Shown: one piece after another, positions 29,029 through 38,791 of the stretch
How positions within the stretch are numbered: the stretch's first letter is position 1
Layout of the letters: each line of letters begins with the position of its first letter
From: Fervidobacterium sp.
GTDB lineage: Bacteria > Thermotogota > Thermotogae > Thermotogales > Fervidobacteriaceae
Assembly: GCA_049970055.1 (NCBI GenBank)
Contig: JBMFNR010000003.1
Span: 64,001-128,000, forward strand
Length of the DNA stretch: 64,000 bases
Direction of reading: 5' to 3'
Notes under the pieces: model-generated
Database searches by the model: none
Told to the model about the DNA's origin: nothing
Seen by the model: only the letters and a program-made list of their open reading frames with translations
Made by a program: the position numbers and the translations under genes

Positions 29029-30089
29029 CTAAAATAGTTATTTATTCGCCTGGAAGAGCGAATTTGATAGGTGAACATACGGATTATAACGATGGATTTG
29101 TATTACCATTCGCAATAAAAAAGTACATTAAAATCGAGATTGAACCTTCAAAGAAATTCAGGTTATTCTCTGAGCAGGCAAAGAGCGGTATTGAATTTGA
29201 AAAACCATATAAAACAAATTCATGGGCAGATTACGTGATTGGGATGATTGTTAAGTTACATGAACACGGATATAGAATTGAGCCATTCAATATGAAAATA
29301 GACTCTGAGCTACCAATGGGGGCAGGATTGTCGAGCTCTGCTGCACTTGAAGTGGGAAGTGGGTATGCAATGGCTCAGATGATTGGGTATGAAATAGACA
29401 GAGAAGAGTTAGCAAAGATTGCTCACGAATGTGAAGTTGACTTCGTCGGTGTTAGATGTGGGATAATGGACCAATACGCGGTTGCATTATCAAAGGAAAA
29501 TCACGCACTTTTTATCGATACAATGACGAGAGAATACCGATACATACCATTTCACCTTGATAGCGTAAAACTGTATCTTGTGGATTCAGGCATTAAACAC
29601 GAGCTCGGTAGCTCTGAATACAACGAAAGAAGAAAAGAATGTGAACTCGCACTTGAAAGTACTGGTAGGAAAAGTCTTAGGGACGTAACACTCGATGATG
29701 TTGAGAAAATCAAAGATCCTGTTCTTAGAAAACGTGCACTGCATGTTGTGACTGAAAACGAAAGGGTTTTGAAAACACTTTCGGCACTCGAAACCGATAA
29801 CTTAGCACTCGTTGGAAGGTACTTATATGAATCACACTATAGCCTGAGGGATAATTATCAAGTATCTTGTGAAGAAATCGATTTTATAATAGAAATGTTT
29901 GAAAAGTACTCAAATGTACTTGGAGCAAGGATAGTTGGAGCGGGTTTTGGAGGAAGTATAATAGTACTCGCTAAAGAGGGATTTGAAGGTATATTTGAGA
30001 GTATCGCCGAAAAATACAAGATTAAGTACGGCGTTGTTCCTAAACTGTTTGAGGTTGAGACGAGTGATGGAGTATTTAGAAAAGAATAA
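29025..30089 (+). CDS. galK: Galactokinase
   Basis: PGRANLIGEHTDYN, GAGLSSSAA, CGIMDQ, GAGFGG. Confidence 0.96.
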   Translation: MTKIVIYSPGRANLIGEHTDYNDGFVLPFAIKKYIKIEIEPSKKFRLFSEQAKSGIEFEKPYKTNSWADYVIGMIVKLHEHGYRIEPFNMKIDSELPMGAGLSSSAALEVGSGYAMAQMIGYEIDREELAKIAHECEVDFVGVRCGIMDQYAVALSKENHALFIDTMTREYRYIPFHLDSVKLYLVDSGIKHELGSSEYNERRKECELALESTGRKSLRDVTLDDVEKIKDPVLRKRALHVVTENERVLKTLSALETDNLALVGRYLYESHYSLRDNYQVSCEEIDFIIEMFEKYSNVLGARIVGAGFGGSIIVLAKEGFEGIFESIAEKYKIKYGVVPKLFEVETSDGVFRKE

Positions 30090-30106
30090 TGATTTGGAGT
30101 GATTGG

Positions 30107-30748
30107 ATGTTTAAATTGGACGTAGCACTCGAAATTACGAAATATGCAAAACTTGTTAGTGAAGCCGGGTTTACAAAAGGTACATGGGGGAATATAAGCG
30201 TAAGGTATGAACAGCTGATCTACATTACTCCCTCAGGGTATCCTTATGATTTGTTGAGACCTGAAGATATAATCGTTGCGGATTTCGATGGTAAAAAGTT
30301 GTATGGAAGTTTGAAACCTTCTTCTGAATTGCCATTACATATTGAGATTTACAAAAAACGCAGCGATGTAAATGCTATTATACACACGCATCCTATTTAC
30401 GCAACAGTAATCTCATTAACAGTTAACGAAATACCTCCCATCGTTGAAGATGCGGTCATGATACTCGGCGAAAGGTTGGAAGTATCTGAATACGCACTTC
30501 CAGGTAGCTGGGAATTAGCAAAAAATGCATCGATGGCACTCGGAAAAAATAACTGTGTTTTTTTGAGAAACCATGGATTAGTGTGCGTTGGTGAGAATTT
30601 GCATGAAGCATTTATCGCTACTCAAATTGCTGAAAAAACTGCGCAGATTTACGTTGAAGCGTTGAAAGTAGGAAATATCCAGGAAATACCCATTGAACAC
30701 GCGAAATCCTTAAGAAATAAATATCTGCAAGCTTACAGACAAAAATAG
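30107..30748 (+). CDS. Class II aldolase/adducin-family protein (FucA-like)
   Basis: GNISVR, ITPSG, PSSE..H, HTH, L.NHG. Start is 30107 (GGAG SD) or 30089. Confidence 0.88.
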   Translation: MFKLDVALEITKYAKLVSEAGFTKGTWGNISVRYEQLIYITPSGYPYDLLRPEDIIVADFDGKKLYGSLKPSSELPLHIEIYKKRSDVNAIIHTHPIYATVISLTVNEIPPIVEDAVMILGERLEVSEYALPGSWELAKNASMALGKNNCVFLRNHGLVCVGENLHEAFIATQIAEKTAQIYVEALKVGNIQEIPIEHAKSLRNKYLQAYRQK

Positions 30749-30771
30749 TTGGCTTAGGGATTTATGAATGT

Positions 30772-31266
30772 CTATTTTATATTCAAGGTATGCCCGTTTT
30801 TTCTAAGCCAGTATCTGCAAACTTTCCATTCTGGGAAGAGTTTTTCAACAAGTTCCCAAAATTTTTTGCTGTGATTCATATGCACAGTGTGGGCGAGTTC
30901 ATGGATAATAACATAGTCAATTACCTTTCTTGGAGCCATTATTAATAGCCAATTTAAAGATATCGTCCCTTTCGATGAACAGCTTCCCCATCTTGTTTTT
31001 ACTTCCTTTACCAAAACTTTGTTAAACTTTAATCCTGTTTGAAAAGAAAGTTCTTTGGTACGCTTAGTGAGATAGTTTTCTGCATATCTTTTTAACCATC
31101 TTTTAACTAACAAGTTACTGTACTGAATGTACCTTTGGTTTATTAAAAACCTATCGTTTTCAAAAGCGATAGGTTTGAGCATCTCACTTTTTATTTCAAT
31201 TGAAATTTTTTCACCGAAAAGCATTACGTAAGACGGATTAGTTGTTCGTTTATTTCGAGCTTCCAT
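30772..31266 (-). CDS. YgjP/DUF45-type zinc metallopeptidase-like protein
   Basis: RWGSCS, YVIIHELAH..H.NHS..FW. Confidence 0.88.
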   Translation of the reverse strand: MEARNKRTTNPSYVMLFGEKISIEIKSEMLKPIAFENDRFLINQRYIQYSNLLVKRWLKRYAENYLTKRTKELSFQTGLKFNKVLVKEVKTRWGSCSSKGTISLNWLLIMAPRKVIDYVIIHELAHTVHMNHSKKFWELVEKLFPEWKVCRYWLRKNGHTLNIK

Positions 31267-31909
31267 ATACCCGGAAAAACTTATGAGCTTCTATTTTTAT
31301 GCTCAGTTTTTCTTCAAGTTCTGATTTCAATAGCGAGTGATCAGTAAGATGGATAACGTGAAAACCAAGTTCTTTAGCTGTTTGGATGTTTTCTCGTTTA
31401 TCGTCTATAAAAAGCGATTGTTTCGGATCTAATTTGTAGATCTTTATAAATGTTTCGTATATTTCTTTGTCGGGCTTAATTTGGCCAACATGGCTTGATA
31501 TCACCATGCCGTCAAAATAATTAAAGAAATCAAATCTTTTGACAACGTAATCAAAGTTACCATTACTAAAATTAGAAAGAACATAGAGCTTAAAACCAAA
31601 ATCTTTTAAAGGTCTAAGCAATCTTGTGTTTTCCTTTATTTCAACAAGTAGGCTGGTGACATTGTACTTTAAATCCTGTATGACCGTGCTGTAATGCGGG
31701 AATCTTTCAACAAATATATCCCATAACTGATCTTCTGTAAGCTTACCTTTGTCCATCAGGTTCCACTCAAGAGAATTAAACAAATGCTTATCTAGAAATT
31801 CTGCACTTTCCTTTCCAAATTTATTTGATATGTATTCATATGGTTGCCAATTGATAAGTACTCTTCCAAGGTCGAAAACAATGTTTCTTATGCTCATATT
31901 ATCGCTCAC
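31250..31909 (-). CDS. HAD-superfamily phosphatase
   Basis: FDLGRVL, LSN, KPD..IY, FIDD..EN. Confidence 0.9.
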   Translation of the reverse strand: MSDNMSIRNIVFDLGRVLINWQPYEYISNKFGKESAEFLDKHLFNSLEWNLMDKGKLTEDQLWDIFVERFPHYSTVIQDLKYNVTSLLVEIKENTRLLRPLKDFGFKLYVLSNFSNGNFDYVVKRFDFFNYFDGMVISSHVGQIKPDKEIYETFIKIYKLDPKQSLFIDDKRENIQTAKELGFHVIHLTDHSLLKSELEEKLSIKIEAHKFFRVYGSSK

Positions 31910-32059
31910 GCTTTACCCCCTTTCGTTGTCACTTTTAGTCAAGATCGTTTTTATTACACTTATTATATATGATAACCAGTATTTCTTCCACTGCCTTTTT
32001 GTGAATTTTATGATATAATTTAATATGACGAATTAATATTGTGGAGGTTTAAAGAAAAG

Positions 32060-32842
32060 ATGATACCGTCTTTACCAAAACTCGATAGAGCGAAAAGCTA
32101 TTGCTTAACGGTACACAATGTTCCATATGGTAAGAAAATATTGGAAAGTAAAATATCTGGAAATTTGAATGAAGTAATGTTTCTCGAACCGAAGGATAAC
32201 ATTGGTATCGACGAAGTTAGGCAGGCAATAGAATTTCTTGAATCACGTAGTGATAGAAAAATAGTGGTAATCTACGAAGCAGACAAAATGACTCAGGAAG
32301 CAGCAAACGCATTTTTAAAAACGCTTGAGGAACCTCCCGAATACGCAACAATTATACTGGTTACTTCGCGATGGAGCGCGATGTTACCAACCATACGAAG
32401 TAGAGTTCAGAGGATTTTTGTCCCTATCCAAATTGGTGAAAAGTTTGACGATTTTGAAAAACACATACTGTTTTGGAACTATGACTACATCGAAAGAATT
32501 GAAAGTAAAAGCTATACAATCTTATCGGAAGAGGATTTATTGAATGAAAATGCAGATGAACTCGATAAAATTTTCACTCTTAAGCATTTGATAGAAAAGT
32601 ATAAAGACGTTTCCTTGGACCAATACGTTAAATTCATATCGCAAATTTCCAAAGTGAACGATTTTAGTTTTCTAAAGTTGACAGCTAAAGTAATCTCTTG
32701 GTTTATTTACAACAGTAATTTGAATGCTAATAACAAGTTGAATTATTTAAGGATTTGCGACGAAATTCACAAGAGTAAAGTTGCCAATTTTAATTACCAA
32801 CTTACCTATTACGTACTACTTTTATCGATAAAAGAGATATGA
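32060..32842 (+). CDS. holB: DNA polymerase III delta'-like subunit
   Basis: IGIDEVR, A..MTQEAANAFLKTLEEPP, LPTIRSR; no Walker A; followed by yaaT, as in the holB-yaaT arrangement. Confidence 0.8.
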   Translation: MIPSLPKLDRAKSYCLTVHNVPYGKKILESKISGNLNEVMFLEPKDNIGIDEVRQAIEFLESRSDRKIVVIYEADKMTQEAANAFLKTLEEPPEYATIILVTSRWSAMLPTIRSRVQRIFVPIQIGEKFDDFEKHILFWNYDYIERIESKSYTILSEEDLLNENADELDKIFTLKHLIEKYKDVSLDQYVKFISQISKVNDFSFLKLTAKVISWFIYNSNLNANNKLNYLRICDEIHKSKVANFNYQLTYYVLLLSIKEI

Positions 32843-32866
32843 AAGCACAAGAAGGAGGCTAATAAA

Positions 32867-33763
32867 ATGAGTTTTCAAGCAACTGTTTATGGCATTGAAT
32901 TGATGCCGATGGGCAAGATAATATATTACGGCGACAATGGTGAGGAATTCAAATATCAAGATTTTGCTATCGTATTGAGTGAGTTTGGCACAGATTATGG
33001 TAAGGTACTCATTGGGCCTAAAGAGATAAGTATCGACGATGTTGATTATGAAATAAAGCAAATCATTCGAAAAGCAACAGAAGAAGATTTAGCAATTATT
33101 GAGAAAAACGAAGAGATTGCAAAAAAAGCGCGAGAAGTAACCATAGATTTGGTAAAAAAACACAACCTTCCTATGAAGATTCTTCAATCGAAATATATAT
33201 TCGATAGAAGTAAGCTTGTTATATATTTTAGCTCTAAAACCCGAGTCGATTTTAGAGAACTTGTAAAAGACATAGCCAGAGAATTTAAAACGCGCATAGA
33301 ACTAAGACAAGTTGGTGTTCGTGATGAAATGAAGTTCATCAAAGGACTCGGGCTTTGTGGCTTAAAAAGTTGTTGTTCTTATTTTTTAAGAGAATTTGAC
33401 AGTATTACCCTGAAACACGCTAAACGTCAGCAGATGATGATTAATACATCAAAGATAACAGGCCCCTGTGGAAGATTGTTATGTTGTCTTATGTATGAAC
33501 ACGATTTCTATATAGAGATGCTCGAAAATATACCTGATGAGGGTTCAACTATATATTACGATGGTAAAATTGCGAAAGTTATAACAGTTAATGTATTTTT
33601 GTCACGAGTTACTCTTCAGACGGATGATGGAGAGATGGTAGCCTTACCATTCTCTTACTTTAAGGAGGGAGAGAATGCGGGAAATTGGAAAGTTATTGAT
33701 CATGGTCGGCGTAATGATTATTATAACGGGCTTGATGATATATCTGATATCGAAGATGAGTGA
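32867..33763 (+). CDS. ricT: PSP1-domain protein RicT/YaaT
   Basis: RVDFRELVKD.A..FKTRIELRQVGVRDE, G.CG...CC, G.CGRLLCCL.YE. Confidence 0.88.
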   Translation: MSFQATVYGIELMPMGKIIYYGDNGEEFKYQDFAIVLSEFGTDYGKVLIGPKEISIDDVDYEIKQIIRKATEEDLAIIEKNEEIAKKAREVTIDLVKKHNLPMKILQSKYIFDRSKLVIYFSSKTRVDFRELVKDIAREFKTRIELRQVGVRDEMKFIKGLGLCGLKSCCSYFLREFDSITLKHAKRQQMMINTSKITGPCGRLLCCLMYEHDFYIEMLENIPDEGSTIYYDGKIAKVITVNVFLSRVTLQTDDGEMVALPFSYFKEGENAGNWKVIDHGRRNDYYNGLDDISDIEDE

Positions 33764-33896
33764 TTTTAAAGGACTGCCAGGTGACATAATTATTAGAAAA
33801 AAAAATTTTGTACTTATCTTTCCAATAACAACAATGGTAATATTGAGTATTGTATTTACTATTGTGCTAAACATAATATCAAAGTTTTTTAAATAA
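33675..33896 (+). CDS. DUF2905 small membrane protein
   Basis: IGK.LI..G, LPGDI, FPITT.VILS; GGAGGG SD inside ricT. Confidence 0.85.
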   Translation: MREIGKLLIMVGVMIIITGLMIYLISKMSDFKGLPGDIIIRKKNFVLIFPITTMVILSIVFTIVLNIISKFFK

Positions 33897-33907
33897 CTAA
33901 GGGGGAG

Positions 33908-35359
33908 ATGGGGATGTACGTAGGATTAGATCAAGGTACAACGAGCACGAGAGCAATATTATTCGATGAAGATTTCAATATGCTCCATGAGGCAAGAAGA
34001 GAATTCAAGCAGATTTATCCCAAAGAAGGTTGGGTGGAGCACAACCCAGAGGAGATCTGGCAAACTGTTGTTGAGGTGCTTGAGGAGTGTAAACGAGTCG
34101 CAGAAGCTAAGGGCGGGAAAATAAAAGCAATAGGCATAACTAATCAAAGGGAGACAATCGTCGCGTGGAATGAACAAGAAAAAAAAGTTCTTTACAATGC
34201 CATAGTTTGGCAGTGTAGAAGGACAGCTGAACGATCAAACCAAATCCGAAAAGAATACGGAAATATTATAAAGAAAAAGACTGGGCTTGTTGTAGATCCA
34301 TACTTTTCGGCAACGAAAATTGAATGGTTGCTCAACAACGTAGAAGATGTAAAACTGGCGGCCAATAGAGGTACTCTAAGATTTGGAACTATAGACTCGT
34401 TTCTGGCATGGAGACTAACAGGAAAGCATGTGACAGATTATTCAAACGCTTCAAGAACCATGCTTTTTAACATACATGACTTAAATTGGGATGATGAATT
34501 ATTAGAACTTTTCGGTATAAAAAAAGAATTTCTACCAATAGTAGTTGACACTGCGCAATACATTGGTGAAACACAGGACGGTGTTCCGGTTGCCTCATTA
34601 GTTGGTGATCAGCAAGCAGCATTGTTTGGTCAAACTGCATTTGAGCAAGGGGATGTGAAATGCACACTTGGTACGGGGAGTTTTGTGTTAATGAACACGG
34701 GTAATAATATCATCGATTCACAACAAAATTTACTGAGTACAATTGGATGGAAAATAAGAAATGAAATAGTTTACGCACTTGAGGGTAGTGTATTTATCAC
34801 GGGAACACTCGTAAATTATCTTATCAAAAATTTAGGGTTCGCAAAAGATAGTGCGGAATTAACTGAACTTGCATTGCAGGTTGGAAACAACGGAGGTATA
34901 TACTTTGTACCTGCGTTTACTGGGCTTGGTGCACCATATTGGGATCCATTTGCAAGGGGTTTGATAATAGGCCTTACACCAGGTACAGACAAAAGGCACA
35001 TAATTTACTCAGCATTTGAGGGAATCGCTTTCTCTGTTGGTCAACTTGTGATGTTGATGGAAAAAGAGAGTAATATTAAAATAAAGACACTTAAAGTTGA
35101 CGGTGGTGTTTCAAAGAATAACTTGATAATGCAAATTTTGTCTGATGTGGTGAGAACAGTTGTTGAAAGACCTGTTAATAGGGAAACAACAGCTCTTGGT
35201 GCCGCAAGCCTTGCAGCAATTGCAATGGGATGGCTTGATAAAGATAAATTAAGTCAAATAAGGAAAATAGACAGAATATTCACACCAAAGGATAATCGTG
35301 AGGAGGAGTTTAATACGTGGAAGCAGGCAATAAATCGATCATTGAACTGGGCATCTTAA
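33908..35359 (+). CDS. glpK: Glycerol kinase
   Basis: DQGTTSTR, GITNQRET, WQCRRT, TDYSNASRT, GDQQAALFGQ, PAFTGLGAPYWD. Confidence 0.95.
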   Translation: MGMYVGLDQGTTSTRAILFDEDFNMLHEARREFKQIYPKEGWVEHNPEEIWQTVVEVLEECKRVAEAKGGKIKAIGITNQRETIVAWNEQEKKVLYNAIVWQCRRTAERSNQIRKEYGNIIKKKTGLVVDPYFSATKIEWLLNNVEDVKLAANRGTLRFGTIDSFLAWRLTGKHVTDYSNASRTMLFNIHDLNWDDELLELFGIKKEFLPIVVDTAQYIGETQDGVPVASLVGDQQAALFGQTAFEQGDVKCTLGTGSFVLMNTGNNIIDSQQNLLSTIGWKIRNEIVYALEGSVFITGTLVNYLIKNLGFAKDSAELTELALQVGNNGGIYFVPAFTGLGAPYWDPFARGLIIGLTPGTDKRHIIYSAFEGIAFSVGQLVMLMEKESNIKIKTLKVDGGVSKNNLIMQILSDVVRTVVERPVNRETTALGAASLAAIAMGWLDKDKLSQIRKIDRIFTPKDNREEEFNTWKQAINRSLNWAS

Positions 35360-35790
35360 GTGAAATAGAACTGGTAAAAAACGCAGAAGTTTTGGCAAAA
35401 TGCCTTAGAGAGGGTGACATATTAATACTTTCAGGTGAAATTGGCACTGGAAAGACTACATTTGTCAGAGGTATTGTCCAAGGATTGGGTTGTAATCCGA
35501 TGATTGTTACAAGCCCAACTTTTACTTTGATGAACGTTTATACATGTGAAAAGACTATTTACCATCTTGATGCCTACAGATTAAAAAGTGTAGAGGATAT
35601 TTTTTATATACTTGAAGGTGAATTAGAGGAAAATGAGGCAATTTTCATAATTGAATGGGGTGAATTGGTGGAAAGATTTTTCAATAAGGGAACAATTAAT
35701 ATCCGATTTGAGCACGTCAATGAAATTCATAGAAAAGTTACCATACTAGCATCAGAAGACGTGATACATAGACTAAGGAGGTGTTTTTAA
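35317..35790 (+). CDS. tsaE: tRNA t6A biosynthesis ATPase TsaE
   Basis: G.IGTGKTT, VTSPTF, YHLDAYRL, IEW. Confidence 0.93.
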   Translation: MEAGNKSIIELGILSEIELVKNAEVLAKCLREGDILILSGEIGTGKTTFVRGIVQGLGCNPMIVTSPTFTLMNVYTCEKTIYHLDAYRLKSVEDIFYILEGELEENEAIFIIEWGELVERFFNKGTINIRFEHVNEIHRKVTILASEDVIHRLRRCF

Positions 35791-38235
35791 TTGTCGAAGA
35801 AAAAAAATGAAGAAAAATCGTTGGAAAAAAATAGGTACAAAAGGCTTGATTATGAAGCTAAAAAGACTCAGCAAGAAAGAATTTCAATCCCCAACGTGCT
35901 TCCCGCCATTGCAATGCGAAGTAATATGGTTATATTTCCCAATACAGTTGTGCCATTTTATGTTGGGCGTGAAATTTCCCTCATGGCTCTTGAAGAAGCT
36001 ATGGAAAAAACAAATAACCTTGTCTTCGTAGTTAATCAAAAAGATCCAGCAGTTGAGAATCCTACGGAGAAAGATCTTTACAAAATTGGGACAGTAGTTC
36101 GTATTATACAAGTTGGTAAATTGCCAGACGAGACATTCAAAGTATTAGTTGAAGGTATCGCACGTGCAAAATGGCTGAAAAATGTGGGGGAAAAATTTCT
36201 TAAGTTTGAGATAGAACTCCTACGAGCACGTTATGGGAAATCGAAAAGGCTTATAGCATTGATGAGAATGGTAAAAGAAGAGTTACACAAATACGTACAA
36301 TATTCAAGAAAAATTCCACCAGAAACGTTGATGTTGTTGGAAGACGTTGATAACCCTGATGTTTTCGCAGACATAGCAGCATCACTTTGTCCGGGAAGTA
36401 TAGAAGAAAAACAAGAGTTACTCGAAATGGTCCATCCTGCCAACAGGCTCGAGAAAGTCTTAGACATTCTAGCTAGGGAAACAGAATTACTTGAGATAGA
36501 ACAACAACTTGATCAAAAAGTGAAAGAGAGGATAGAAAAATCTCAAAGGGAATATTATCTAAGAGAAAAACTAAGGGTTATTCGTGACGAACTTGGCGGA
36601 GAAGAAGATGTCGAAATCAGAGAGATAAAGGAGAAAATTGAAAATGGAAACTATCCTGATTTTGTAAAGGAAAAAGCAAAAGCTGAATTGAATAGACTGG
36701 AGAAAATGTCTCCTTACGCACCGGAGGCAAGTGTCGTAAGAACTTATTTAGACTGGATACTGAGTTTACCGTGGTTTGAAAGAACAGAGGATACAGAAGA
36801 CATCCAATTTGCTGAGAAAGTACTGAACGAAGATCACTTCGGTCTTGAGGAACCAAAAAGAAGGATACTAGAATACCTTGCTACAAGAAAAGTATCGGAT
36901 AAAGCAAAGGCTCCTATCATTTGTTTCGTTGGACCACCAGGTGTTGGTAAGACGTCTCTTGCAAAATCGATTGCACGCGCTATGAACCGTAAGTTTGGAC
37001 GTATGTCTCTGGGCGGTCTGAGAGATGAAGCAGAAATCAGAGGCCACAGGCGTACTTACGTTGGTGCACTTCCGGGTAGAATTATTCAGCTTATAAGAAA
37101 GGTGGGAGTTAAAAATCCAGTTATTTTACTTGATGAAATCGACAAAATGGGTATTAGTTTTCAAGGTGACCCTGCTTCTGCTCTTTTGGAGGTACTGGAC
37201 CCAGAACAAAATAAGGAATTTGTTGACCATTACATAGAGTTACCGTTTGATCTTTCAGAAGTTCTCTTTGTGACTACTGCGAATGTATTGTATACAATAC
37301 CCCATGCTTTGAGAGATAGGATGGAAGTCATTGAGATATCAAGTTACACGGATGTTGAAAAGTTCTACATAGCCAAGAATTACATAATACCAAGGGTAAA
37401 ATCGGAATTTGTTGAAAGCGCAGATAAAATATTTACTTTCAAAGACAATGCGATAAAAAAGGTCATAAATGAATACACTATGGAACCTGGGGTTCGAGAA
37501 CTTGAAAGAGAGATAAGAAGTATCGTGAGAAAAGCTACGTTAGAATATGTTAAAACATCAAAAACTGTTGTTATAACTCCGGAAAAAATAAGAGAATATC
37601 TTGGACCTAGTAAGATTCGAGAAGAAGATAAACTTGAAAAGCCTATGATTGGTGTTGCAACAGGTCTTGCATGGACACCAAATGGAGGTACAACACTCTA
37701 CATAGAATCAACACTCATTCCTGGTAACGGTGGACTGATTATCACTGGTCAATTAGGCGATGTTATGAAAGAATCTGTGCGAATAGCACTTAGCCTTGCA
37801 AGAAAAATGGCTGGCGATGAACATACGGAGAAATTTGTTAAACACGATATACACGTTCATGTACCAGAAGGTGCGGTTCCCAAAGACGGACCAAGTGCCG
37901 GAATAACGATAACAACAGCCTTGATTTCTGTTATAAAAGACATACCGATCAGAAATGATGTTGCGATGACCGGTGAAATTACGCTTCGAGGAAGAGTCTT
38001 ACCCGTTGGTGGAATAAAAGAAAAGGTCATAGCTGCCTACCGAAAAGGTATATACCATGTGATCTTACCAAAGAAGAACGAAGTTGATATTGAAAAAGTT
38101 CCAGAAGAAGTTCAAAGTAAGATGAAATTCACGTTTGTGGAAACAATTGAAGAAGTGCTGGAGGTGGCATTGTATGAAAACATTGCCAAAAATAGTAGAA
38201 AAGGTAGAACTCGTAAAAGTGATAGCAAAGCTTGA
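35791..38235 (+). CDS. lon: ATP-dependent Lon protease
   Basis: [42 protein letters not shown]. Confidence 0.97.
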   Translation: MSKKKNEEKSLEKNRYKRLDYEAKKTQQERISIPNVLPAIAMRSNMVIFPNTVVPFYVGREISLMALEEAMEKTNNLVFVVNQKDPAVENPTEKDLYKIGTVVRIIQVGKLPDETFKVLVEGIARAKWLKNVGEKFLKFEIELLRARYGKSKRLIALMRMVKEELHKYVQYSRKIPPETLMLLEDVDNPDVFADIAASLCPGSIEEKQELLEMVHPANRLEKVLDILARETELLEIEQQLDQKVKERIEKSQREYYLREKLRVIRDELGGEEDVEIREIKEKIENGNYPDFVKEKAKAELNRLEKMSPYAPEASVVRTYLDWILSLPWFERTEDTEDIQFAEKVLNEDHFGLEEPKRRILEYLATRKVSDKAKAPIICFVGPPGVGKTSLAKSIARAMNRKFGRMSLGGLRDEAEIRGHRRTYVGALPGRIIQLIRKVGVKNPVILLDEIDKMGISFQGDPASALLEVLDPEQNKEFVDHYIELPFDLSEVLFVTTANVLYTIPHALRDRMEVIEISSYTDVEKFYIAKNYIIPRVKSEFVESADKIFTFKDNAIKKVINEYTMEPGVRELEREIRSIVRKATLEYVKTSKTVVITPEKIREYLGPSKIREEDKLEKPMIGVATGLAWTPNGGTTLYIESTLIPGNGGLIITGQLGDVMKESVRIALSLARKMAGDEHTEKFVKHDIHVHVPEGAVPKDGPSAGITITTALISVIKDIPIRNDVAMTGEITLRGRVLPVGGIKEKVIAAYRKGIYHVILPKKNEVDIEKVPEEVQSKMKFTFVETIEEVLEVALYENIAKNSRKGRTRKSDSKA

Positions 38236-38791
38236 TGATAAATTTCCACCTCCCCTTGGTGGTGAGTACACATTTGTTGGCAGATCAAATGTCGGGAAAT
38301 CTAGTCTTCTTAACGCACTTGTTGGGAGAATGGTTGCATTTGTAAGCAAAAATCCAGGCAAAACACGAACGATAAATTATTTCTTAGTTAACAACAACTT
38401 TTATTTAGTTGATCTACCTGGTTACGGTTACGCAAGAACTTCAAAAAAAGACAGAGAAGAATGGAAAAAAATTATCGATAGATATTTTCGTGAGCGTTCT
38501 TGGAATATGAAAGTGATGTTTTCTCTCATTGACTCAAGACATGAGCTAATGGAAAGTGATGCACAATTGCTTGACTGGATCCAAATAATAGGTGTCAAAC
38601 CGGTCGTGATATTGACAAAAATAGACAAATTAAGTATTTCTGAACGAGAGAAGCAATTAAGATATTTTGAAAATATCTTACTCGACTATGGTATTGATAG
38701 GATAATTCCTTGCTCCAGCTTGACAAAGGAAGGCCTTGATAAGGTGTGGAATGTTATATTAGAAGCTTTAAACGGAGGTTTGAAGAGATGA
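38174..38791 (+). CDS. engB: Ribosome biogenesis GTPase EngB/YsxC
   Basis: GRSNVGKSS, PGKT, DLPGYG, TKID. Start at ATG 38174 behind GGAGGT. Confidence 0.94.
   Translation: MKTLPKIVEKVELVKVIAKLDDKFPPPLGGEYTFVGRSNVGKSSLLNALVGRMVAFVSKNPGKTRTINYFLVNNNFYLVDLPGYGYARTSKKDREEWKKIIDRYFRERSWNMKVMFSLIDSRHELMESDAQLLDWIQIIGVKPVVILTKIDKLSISEREKQLRYFENILLDYGIDRIIPCSSLTKEGLDKVWNVILEALNGGLKR

Noticed and set aside
30772..31909. HAD + YgjP-like metallopeptidase pair as a defence or toxin-antitoxin module
   Set aside because: YgjP-like genes can accompany type I restriction systems, but no restriction-modification or other defence genes are nearby, and both families are common.
32060..32842. holB-like gene as a truncated dnaX pseudogene
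   Set aside because: A missing Walker A is expected for delta', the frame is uninterrupted, and holB-yaaT is a known gene order.
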